Positions 33,821 to 45,000 of a DNA stretch of 64,000 bases are shown here, piece after piece. The notes beneath the pieces are model-generated. The model saw only the letters and a list, made by a program, of their open reading frames with translations, had not been told where the DNA came from and ran no database searches. The DNA is from Macrostomum hystrix (Eukaryota; Animalia; Platyhelminthes): contig CATNEN010000038.1 of NCBI GenBank assembly GCA_950097015.1, positions 25,420,001 through 25,484,000 on the forward strand, read 5' to 3'. The first letter of the stretch is position 1. Every line of letters begins with the position of its first letter. The position numbers were made by a program, and so were the translations under genes.

Positions 33821-34902
33821 TTGACAATTTTTCGAGCACTGCTGTCTCTTTTTTGACTTATTAGCTTATTTTACATGGCTTGTCGCTGTTAATTTCTGCT
33901 TCTCAAAAGCAGTTTTTTAGAAACGTTTTAAAGTCTAGTTAATTAGATTTCCGCGCTTTTGCACTTACCTGCAGACTTGCCCGATGAAAAAACCGAGTCA
34001 CGTAAATTGTTGTTTTGTGAAGGTTATTTTTTCTTAAAAGTAATCTAATTACTGTTTCGAACACAATTATTGCATCTTAGTTGATTCAATCAAGCTTAAT
34101 GTAGAGTCGCTATTTTTGTGCTTTTTGCTTGGTTTTTTGTTTTACCTTTTACCTCGTCATTTTGAAACAATGAACCGGATAACACCGGAAGGAAACAACG
34201 ATTCATCAATCGAGCTTTTTTGTCTTTTGCTAAATTCATTATTTTTGCTTTGCTTTTTCTTTAGTTTCATGCACTGCCCCTCTCATTGCCACTGTTCCGC
34301 TTCTGCTGTACAGTTTTTTCTTATTAAACTAAGCGTTAAAAATGCTCTCTAGTCTACTGACGTTAGTCTCAGCAGTAGCATGAAGTGGTCGTATTAAAAA
34401 ATTCGAAAATTGTAGAAAGTCTTCAAGATTCTGCAAAATAAGGAATCGCTGATAGACTAGCCGCTTTTTGTTTATTTTTTTCAGCTCCGTGTTTGTTTTA
34501 CTGCTGCGTTTTCAAATGTCGACCACACATCTTTTAAATTCCATTAGTTTTTGTAACATAAATTGTAGAATCTCATGCGCTTATCTCGACAAGGAAATTT
34601 ATTTTTTTGTATGATGGCTTTTTTCAGCTGTTTAAAAAAGTTAGACAAGAGAAAGAGACGCTTGTGATAGTTTGAGTTCACTCAGAATTTTGTGATCGCT
34701 AGAAATAGTTAGATTTCAGTTTTCTTATAAAAAAGTAGACACATCCAGCAGAAAATTATAGTCCCACCTTTCTTAATAAAAGAAGTTTAAAAAACCGAAA
34801 TTACACGATGTACAGACAGATCGTTTTTTCTTTGTTTAAACAAATTTAAATCTCGTCTTTTATAACGAACTGTTAACTTTATTTGTGAATCTCTTAAATT
34901 TT

Positions 34903-35340
34903 TGGTGGCGAAGAGTAAGGTGTGGAAATAGCGAAGGATAAGGGGGGGAAATGGCAAAGGATAAGAGTGGAAATGGCAAAGGATAAGGGGTGGAAATGGC
35001 GAAGAGTAAGGTGTGGAAATAGCGAAGGATAAGGGGGGGGAAATGGCAAAGGATAAGAGTGGAAATGGCGAATGATAAGGGGTGGAAATGGCGAAGAGTA
35101 AGGTGTGGAAATGGCGAAGGATAAGGGGTGGAAATGGCGAATGATAAGGGGTGGAAATGGCGAATGATAAGGGGGTGGAAATGGCGAATGATAAGGGGGT
35201 GGAAATGGCGAATGATAAGGGGTGGAAATGGCGAATGATAAGGGGTGGAAATGGCGAAGGATAAGGGGTGGAAATGGCGAAGGACAAGAGTGGAAATGGC
35301 GAAGGATAAGAGTGGAAATGGCAAAGGATAAGGGGGAAAA
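34903..35340. repeat. ~23-nt purine-rich minisatellite GTGGAAATGGCGAATGATAAGGG
   Basis: Tandem units. Confidence 0.9.
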
Positions 35341-35811
35341 TGGGTTAGCTTTTGTGGCGGTAATGACGAAATACAAGTGGCCGAAACGGAGGACACAGGG
35401 CACCACGCGACACCCGCAGTGACAAATGATGAGTTCATTCGAACAAAAAAGTCACACAAGACAAAGGCCGATTGTGCATCGGTTTCAGGTAGTTTTTTTA
35501 CTCCAAGACTAGAGCCGCAATGAGCATCGAAGGAAGCCAAGCAGCATTCAAGCGCCATTAGCAAGAAAACTGTTTTTATTTATTTATTTTTTAGCAACAT
35601 TCAGTCATTTGTCAATATCCTTTTTAGTATCAGAGCTGAAGTGAGGTGGCGTGTTAGTTAACGAAAACTAATTTTATGAGCACCAGAGATGACGAAGCGA
35701 ACAAAAGCATTGTAGAGAAGTTTATGTTTTTTGCTTAAAATATTCTTTGCGAAGAAAAGCTTACAACTTGTAAGGTGAAGTATAAGGGGAAATTATAAGA
35801 GGAAGCGAAAA

Positions 35812-36645
35812 GGGGGCGGATATGGGCAGGAAAAGGGGCGCAAGGAAGCGGATATGGGGCGGAAGAGGAAGCGGATATGGGGCGGAAGAGGAAGCGGATA
35901 TGGGGCGGAAGAGGAAGCGGATATGGGGCGGAAGAGGAAGCGGATATGGGGCGGAAGAGGAAGCGGATATGGGGCGGAAGAGGAAGCGGATATGGGGCGG
36001 AAGAGGAAGCGGATATGGGGCGGAAGAGGAAGCGGATATGGGGCGGAAGAGGAAGCGGATATGGGGCGGAAGAAGGAGCGGAAGGGAGCGGATTTGGAGC
36101 GGAAGAAGGAGCGGAAGGGGGCGGATATGGGCCTAAAAAGGGGCGGAAGAAGGAGCGGAAGGGGGCGAATATGGGGCGGAAGAGGGGCGGATGAAGGAGC
36201 GGAGTGGGGCGGAAGAGGGGCGGAAAAGGAGCGGAAGGTGGCGGATATGGGCCTAAAAAGGGGCGGAAGGGTGCGGATTTGGAGTGGAAGAAGGAGCGGA
36301 AGGGGCCGGATATGGGCCTAAAAAGGGGCGGAAGAAGAGGCGGAAGAAGGAGCGGAAGGGGGCGAATATGGGGCAGAAGAGGGGCGGATGAAGGAGCGGA
36401 GTGGGGCGGAAGAAGGAGCGGAAGGGAGCGGATTTGGAGTGGAAGAAGGAGCGGAAGGGGGCGGATATGGGCCTAAAAAGGGGCGTAAGAAGGGGGCGTA
36501 AGAAGGGGGCGGCGGAAGGGGGCGAATATGGGGCGGAAGAAGGAGCGGAAGGGGGCGGATATGGGGCAGAAGAAGGAGCGGAGTGGAGCGGAAGAGGGGC
36601 GGAAGAAGGAGCGGAAAGGTGGCGGATATGGGGCAGATATGGTCG
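35812..36645. repeat. 23-nt G-rich minisatellite GGGGCGGAAGAGGAAGCGGATAT and derivatives
   Basis: Tandem units. Confidence 0.9.
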
Positions 36646-37261
36646 GAAAGTAGGTAGAAAGGAATTTTGTCTTAAAAGGGAGAGGAATTTCTAGATTTTA
36701 CTTTGTCGATAGTTTACTAAGTAGTTTTTCAAATCACTGAGGCAAATAAGATGTTAAATATGAATTTTAAAAATAATTTGAAACAGAAACGCGAGCCTAA
36801 ATTGACAGTTGAAACAAAAAATTGAGACGACAAGAGGAGCTAAAAGCACAAACACAAAACGATTAACTTCATAGGATCAGGAGTAAAGCTAAAAGGTCTT
36901 GGACGCTAGGAAAAGCTGATGAAAATAGGATTGCATTTCATAGCTAGCCAATTTTAGCATTTAAAATACAAAATAACAAAAATATTCTTTGTTTAAATAC
37001 GTAACAACGAGTCAAATGGAAATTACTGACGGAATAAGAGAAAGAGAATACTAATTAAAAATAATTAAAGCGTTTGCAATTGTTTTGAAAAAGCTTCTAC
37101 AAGAAAGCCTACAACGCTGCTGTCTTCATTCCAGAAGAGTCCCTAGCAATCCTAAAATATAAAACTATAATCCCAAAAACAATTCGTTGTACTATTTATT
37201 TTTTTCTTTATCCTCATAAAATTCAAAGATCCTTATCTTTAAACCTTACCTCATACCAAGA

Positions 37262-38977
37262 TTCCCAACCTATAATTATTAGATCCCAACCTATAATTAT
37301 TAGATCCCAACCTATAATTATTAGATCCCAACCTATAATTATTAGATCCCAACCTATAATTATTAGATCCCAACCTAGAATTATTAGATCCCAGCCTAGA
37401 ATTATTAGATCCCAGCCTAGAATCATTAGATCCCAGCCTAGAATCATTAGATCCCAGCCTAGAATCATTAGATCCCAGCCCAGAATCATTAGATCCCAGC
37501 CTAGAATCATTAGATCCCAGCCTAGAATCATTAGATCCCAGCCTAGAATCATTAGATCCCAGCCTAGAATCATTAGATCCCAACCCAGAATCATTAGATC
37601 CCAGCCTAGAATTATTAGATCCCAGCCTAGAACTATTTGATCCCAACCTAGAATCATTAGATCCCAGCCTAGAATCATTAGATCCCAGCCTAGAATCATT
37701 AGATCCCAGCCTAGAATTATTAGATCCCAGCCTAGAATCATTAGATCCCAACCTAGAATTATTTGATCCCAGCCTAGAATTATTTGATCCCAGCCTAGAA
37801 TCATTAGATCCCAGCCTAGAATTATTAGATCCCAACCTAGAATCATTAGATCCCAGCCTAGAATCATTAGATCCCAGCCTAGAATCATTAGATCCCAGCC
37901 TAGAATCATTAGATCCCAGCCTAGAATTATTTGATCCCAGCCTAGAATTATTTGATCCCAGCCTAGAATCATTAGATCCCAGCCTAGAATTATTAGATCC
38001 CAGCCTAGAATCATTAGATCCCAGCCTAGAATTATTTGATCCCAGCCTAGAATTATTTGATCCCAGCCTAGAATCATTAGATCCCAGCCTAGAATCATTA
38101 GATCCCAGCCTAGAATCATTAGATCCCAGCCTAGAATCATTAGATCCCAGCCTAGAATTATTAGATCCCAGCCTAGAATCATTAGATCCCAACCTAGAAT
38201 TATTTGATCCCAGCCTAGAATTATTTGATCCCAGCCTAGAATCATTAGATCCCAGCCTAGAATTATTAGATCCCAACCTAGAATCATTAGATCCCAGCCT
38301 AGAATCATTAGATCCCAGCCTAGAATCATTAGATCCCAGCCTAGAATCATTAGATCCCAGCCTAGAATTATTTGATCCCAGCCTAGAATTATTTGATCCC
38401 AGCCTAGAATCATTAGATCCCAGCCTAGAATTATTAGATCCCAGCCTAGAATTATTAGATCCCAGCCTAGAATCATTAGATCCCAGCCTAGAATCATTAG
38501 ATCCCAGCCTAGAATTATTAGATCCCAGCCTAGAATCATTAGATCCCAGCCTAGAATTATTTGATCCCAGCCTAGAATTATTTGATCCCAGCCTAGAATC
38601 ATTAGATCCCAGCCTAGAATTATTAGATCCCAGCCTAGAATTATTAGATCCCAGCCTAGAATCATTAGATCCCAGCCTAGAATCATTAGATCCCAGCCTA
38701 GAATTATTAGATCCCAGCCTAGAATCATTAGATCCCAGCCTAGAATTATTAGATCCCAGCCTAGAATTATTAGATCCCAGCCTAGAATCATTAGATCCCA
38801 GCCTAGAATTATTAGATCCCAGCCTAGAACTATTTGATCCCAACCTAGAATCAAGCGATCCCAACCTAGAATCATTAGATCCCAGCCTAGAATTATTAGA
38901 TCCCAGCCTAGAACTATTTGATCCCAACCTAGAATCAAGCGATCCCAACCTAGAATTATTTGATCCCAACCTAGAAT
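37262..38977. repeat. 21-nt minisatellite AGATCCCAGCCTAGAATCATT just 3' of the SLC20 stop
   Basis: About 80 units; source of the spurious 571/572-aa ORFs. Confidence 0.95.
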
Positions 38978-39092
38978 GCTAAGATAGGAATTTAGATTCC
39001 TCAGTCAATATACCTGAATAAAAGTAAACATTTTTCGCACCCCAAAGACACCAAGAGTTTCATAAAAAGTCCCTAAAGCTTCCATTCCAGTT

Positions 39093-42000
39093 TTAAGCCT
39101 GCGGACGGAAGGTCGCAGCTCGCAGAATGGCCATGATGGCGCCGCTGATGCCGCCGCTAATCGGCAGAGTGACAAGCCACGCGATGAGGATGTTGCGGAA
39201 GATGGACCACTGGACATTGTCGCGACTGCGAAAGAAGCCAACAAGAACCACGCTGCCAACTTTGCAGTGGGTGGTGCTGATCGGGATGCCGATGTTCGAG
39301 GCGATTAGAACGGCGAGGGCCGCTCCGAGCTCGATGCAGAAGCCGCTGTGAAAATAAAAAAAGAATATTTGTTTTAATTGATTTTCTAGGAAACTCCTAC
39401 TATAAAAAATTTATATCACTAAAAAATAACGCCTGTTGAAACGAAAAGAATTGAATGAGTGATTGCTAAATCAACCAAATGATTAATACTAACAAATGAA
39501 TGAGCAGTTAAGCCACTAAATGATCAATAGAGCTACCGAGTGACCAATAAAGCTACGGAATGACCAATAAAGCTACGGAATGAGAACTAAAGCTACGGAA
39601 TGACCAATAAAGCTACGGAATGACCAATAAAGCTACGGAATGACCAATAAAGCTACGGAATGACAACTAAAGCTACGGAATGACCAATAAAGCTACGGAA
39701 TGACCAATAAAGCTACGGAATGACAACTAAAGCTACGGAATGACCAATAAAGCTACGGAATGACCAATAAAGCTACGGAATGACCAATAAAGCTACGGAA
39801 TGACAACTAAAGCTACGGAATGACCAATAAAGCTACGGAATGACCAATAAAGCTACGGTGTCGGAAATGCTTCCTCCAGAAAACCTTCTCGTCGTTTCCT
39901 TTGACTCTCCTCTTTAATCTCTTGCTCACCAATTAGTTAATCAGTACGTTTCACTGCACTTTAATTGTTTCGCTTTCTATCGTCCTCTTAGCCCATAGAC
40001 TACGCATCCTGCCCGCCCCTTGTTAACTCAATCGTTGTCTATGTCTTTAATTCCGTGCTCGGTACAGTTCCCCTTTAGTTGCTTCTAGTGTGCACTAAGC
40101 CCACTAGATCTTCGGACCAAATGCTTTTACTTTCAAAATACAAGTTATATACCTAAATACAAGCAAGGAAATTTTGTCCCAAGCGACAAATTGGTAGCAG
40201 AGCGCACTAAAGTATCCACACAGCCAAGTCGAAAATGAAGACGCGCAGCACCACCTCGACTCGTGGAAAGCTCGGTCACAAATCTCAAAACCGAGTAAGA
40301 CCAACAACATACGCTAACCTGACTGCCAGCGGCCTCGCCGCACCTTCCAGCGGCCTCGCCGCAACTGCCAGCGGCCTCGCCGCACCTGCTAGCGGCCTCG
40401 CCGCAACTGCCAGCGGCCTCGCCGCACCTACCAGCGGCCTCGCCGCAACTGCCAGCGGCCTCGCCGCACCTGCTAGCGGCCTCGCCGCACCTACCAGCGG
40501 CCTCGCTGCACCCACCAGCGGCCTCACCGCATCTGCCAGCGGCCTCGCCGCACCCACCAGCGGCCTCGCCGCACCTACCAGCGGCCTCGCCGCACCTGCT
40601 AGCAGCCTTGCCGCACCTACCAGCGGCCTCGCCGCACCCACCAGCGGCCTCGCCGCACCTACCAGCGGCCTCGCCGCACCCACCAGCGGCCTCACCGCAC
40701 CTACCAGCGGCCTCGCCGCACCTACCAGCGGCCTCGCCGCACCTGCCAGCTCAGTCGGCTCCATTGCATTCGGTGTACCTAACCAACAGGACGCTGTACA
40801 ACAACTTATTGGCGCAATGGCTCAGATGATGCAGCAGAACCAGCTGCTCGTACAACAGCTTCACATAAACCAGAACACATCCCAGCCCGCCCCTCCGAGG
40901 CCTCGACCGGCGTCCCTCTTCGGCGACACCGTCCTCCGCAATGTCCAACTTCAAGGTTTCGACGGTGAAGACCCAGCTAGTTTCCCTGCATTTTGGAGTT
41001 CCTTCACTTACCGCATCGACAGCTGCAACTACACAGACGTTGATAAATTTGAAGCTCTTCGCGGGCTTCTCGCTGGCGCTGCCCTCCGGAAACTAGGTGG
41101 TCTCGACGCCTGTCAACCGGGGGCCTACAACCAAGCCTGCCGTATTCTCCAAGCTAATTATGGCGACCTGTGGGAGCAGAAGAGCACCTGCTTCAGGCGA
41201 CTTCTCGCGATGCCGCAGCTTTGCAACATCGACCACCAGAGCTTGGAGGAATTTTCAGACACACTTCGCCTCACAGTCGGCCAGCTAACTCGCCTCGGTG
41301 AAACAAGTGCCGCCCTGGATCCCTACGTGCATGCACTGTGGCCAAAGCTTCCACCGGCGCTCCAATCAGATATCCAGGATGTGCGTTGTAAGGCGTTGCA
41401 ACCGCTAATTCCAACAATGCAAGAGCTCCAAGGACACCTCGACAACAAGCTTCGAGCCATCCGTGCCTCGCAAGCCAACTACACATCAGCTGTTTTCGCC
41501 CCCTATGCCGGAGCTAGTCTAATCAACGCTGCCACAAACCGCTCCGTAACTTCATCCACTCCTAGTGCTGGTCACGTGCACACACGTGCACATGCACCGA
41601 TCTGCGTCTACTGCGAACGGTCAGGACACTCCAGTCAGACATGCGGCGTAATCTCGAAGCCCGATGATCGGCTCCGCATTATTCGGAGCAAGGCCCTGTG
41701 CCTCAACTGCCTGCGTAGCCATGCCACCTCAAACTGTAGCTCCCGGAACAGATGCCGCGAGTGTCGAGCCCTGCACCACACATCACTTCACGGAGCGCGT
41801 TTCAATCCGCCACCGCATGTTCTTCACGTCGACTCAACAGCGAAAGCCAACAGCAACCTCGACTCGACGGCCGCATTGCCGACGGCATTCGCCAACTTAA
41901 AAGCCATGAACGATAACACCTTCAATACCGTCTCCTGCATCTCCTCCACCTGCGACGAGTTGATAAGGCCGTCCATCATGGCCACATTCTCTGCCACTGC

Positions 42001-45000
42001 TGTAAACCCGACTAGCGGCGGAACTACGCGAGTGTCGGTCCTCATCGATGGCGGCTCCAGTTTCACGTACATAAAACTCGAGGTGGCTCGAAAACTCGGT
42101 CTTCGTTTACATCGCCGAATCTCGCTTGACAGCTCTTCATGTCACACCGACTCTCGTCGCCGAGTGACCGCAGACATCGTCGAACTCGAACTCTCTACAC
42201 CCGATGGCCGCCGTTTACCACTCCGAGTTCTGGCAACCGAGCACATCGCTCCACCAATCCACATACCAGCTGTCCAGCTACCAAGCGACATTCTGGCCAC
42301 TCTGCAACACTTGCCCCATGGAATAGCCAATCTCCCACCTTCCCAAGACGGGGAACTTGAGTTAGATTTGCTCATCGGTAACGACTATGCTCAGCGGTTA
42401 ATAGGCCCGAGCGTTCCTGCGATCCCACTGCGGCCAAGTCTGACCGCGCACCTCACCCCGTTTGGTGCCGTCCTCACAGGCTGCCTCGAAAATACCGACG
42501 ACTGTAGACCCAGTGGGCTTCTCAACTCTAGTCAACTCATCGCCAACTCACTGCTGTCACAATTCCGTCGCGACAACCTTGAATGTCTGGCCGACCGAAT
42601 GACCAGCCTCGAGCTGCTCGGCATCGAAAGAGGGGCCGAACAACCCAATCCACGAGGCGACGTTTTGACGAAAGACCTCCTGGACTCAGCCACACGTGGA
42701 TCGGACGGTCGTTACTCGGTCGCATTACCCTTCAAGCCTGGAGCGGAGCAACTCCCATCAAACTTCGGACAAGCTTGGGGTCGCGCTCAGGCTACACACC
42801 GTCGTCTTTCACAGGCGGAACGTCAAGAGTACTATGGAGAGTTCGAAAAGCACAAAGCAGAAGGGATCCTGGAAATCGCCGATGACACTAGTCCAAAAGG
42901 AAAGATCATCCATGTCCTGCCGCACTTTCCCGTCATCAAAATGTCATCAAAATTTCATCCACATGGGGAGTGGCCATCTCAGACAACACCCACACCCACG
43001 GACTCCACGATCCTCCAAGGCATCCCACCAGCCCAGAAAAAGGCCAAGAAGACAAGCGCTTTCCTGTCTGCATCGAACAGATGCGTCCCCCTCGCAGGCA
43101 TGGACATCAACCGCTTCGGCAAACTCAGTGCCCTTCTCGGAACTCTCGCATTTGTTATACGTTTCGTCAAGCGAAGAAACCGAGTCACCGCGCCAGATGC
43201 CTCGGAACGCCAGGCTGCTCTTCACTTGTGGATCAAATGGGTACAGAGAGAGCGCTACGCTGACGCAATCAATGCCATACAGGAAGGCAGACCCAAAAGC
43301 TGCAAGATAGTCGCGCAGCTTGACCTCTTCTTGGATGACGAAGGTCTGATCCGCCACAATTCCCGCATGGCAAACGCAACCTTAGACGCAGACGCAATCT
43401 ACCCAATGCTCCTTCCACCCGATCATCATCTCACTCACCTGCTCATACTCTACATCCACAAACGAGATTGCCACAGCAGTGCCATATCTGTTCTACGGAG
43501 CCCTTGCAACCGTTTCTGGATTGTCCGTGGTCTCTCCACTGTCCGCTCAAGCCTCCGCCAGCGTCTTCCATGCCGCTTCACGAAGGGCCGCACACTCCCT
43601 CCCCCACAGCACGGCCAGCTACCACCAGAGCGCCTCAACTCATCAGGCCAGTCGTTCAGCTCTCTGCTCGTCGACCAGCTGGGCCCCGTCTTGACGACCG
43701 ATACGAAGACCCACACTAACAACAAACGATGGGCAATGCTCCTCTGTTGCGCCTCAAGCCGCGCGGTCCACCTCGATTACCTCCATGACTATTCTGCGGA
43801 CTCAGTTCTCCATGCTTTCGAGCGATTCTGGGCCCGCCGGGGACTCACCGAAGCCAGCATCTTCCTAGACCAGGCAACCGCCTTCCAAGCGGCCGGCAAA
43901 ATCATCGACTCTCTGCTAACACCAACGTTCCAGCACAAACTCCTAGCTGACCTCCAGCCATTCGCCACTGCTAGACAACTCCACTTCAAATTCGCACCGG
44001 CACGCGCTCCGTGGCACCAAGGAGCCGTCGAGCGACTGGTAGGGATGGTCAAAGCCAGCCTTCGACCCTCACTTTGGTGCCGGCGGATCTCGGACGAAGA
44101 GTTCCTCACCCTGCTGACAAAGATCGAGGCTGTCTTGAACTCTCGCCCGCTGACATCCTTCTCGAATGAACCTTACGATACGCGCCCCCTAACGCCAGCC
44201 GATCTCATCGCTCCTAGCGCTCAACTTGACTTGCCTGCAGCGCCTGAGCACCTTGTTCCATCTGCTGGGACCACGACCAGGGACCAACTACGAGCTCTCT
44301 ATCGACGCCACGAGCAAATCATTGACGCTTTCTGGGCGCGATGGAACCGCGACTACCTTCAACAACTCCACTCGATCCACTTACAACACCGTAGACGGCA
44401 CGGCGAGCACTCACACCAGCCCGTCGTTGGACAGCTCTACCTCCTCGCCGACCAGACTCCGCGGTCAAACTGGAAGACGTGCCGCGTCATCGAAGTCCAT
44501 CCCGACAGTCATGACATCACCCGTTATGTCACTGTCCGAACGAGCACCGGTCACGAGCCCCGCCGTGCCATCACACATCTCGTCCCTCTCGAGGCCGACA
44601 TTATCGATTTCCAGACCGCGCCCAACGCCGGCAGGGCTCTAGTTTCCACCCGGCTCTGGCAGCAAGGACGATCCGGTACAAACCAACCGCGCTCGACGTG
44701 CCATGCGACGCCAACTTCTACGTGACTCTCTTTTCAACATTGCGTAACTTCGCCGCCCCCCACCCTGTCGGAAATGCTTCCTCCAGAAAACCTTCTCGTC
44801 GTTTCCTTTGACTCTCCTCTTTAATCTCTTGCTCACCAATTAGTTAATCAGTACGTTTCACTGCACTTTAATTGTTTCGCTTTCTATCGTCCTCTTAGCC
44901 CATAGACTACGCATCCTGCCCGCCCCTTGTTAACTCAATCGTTGTCTATGTCTTTAATTCCGTGCTCGGTACAGTTCCCCTTTAGTTGCTTCTAGTGTGC

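Noticed and set aside
37223-38969. 571/572-aa ORFs, (ILGWDLM)n and (LGSNDSR)n, resembling beta-solenoid or ice-binding repeats
   Set aside because: Pure 21-nt DNA array, open in two frames, with no unique N- or C-terminal domain and no codon-position pattern of variation.
40285-44642. Antisense and alternate-frame ORFs within the BEL element, including a possible env
   Set aside because: GC-rich shadow ORFs; only ~40 nt lie between the stop and the 3' LTR, leaving no room for env.
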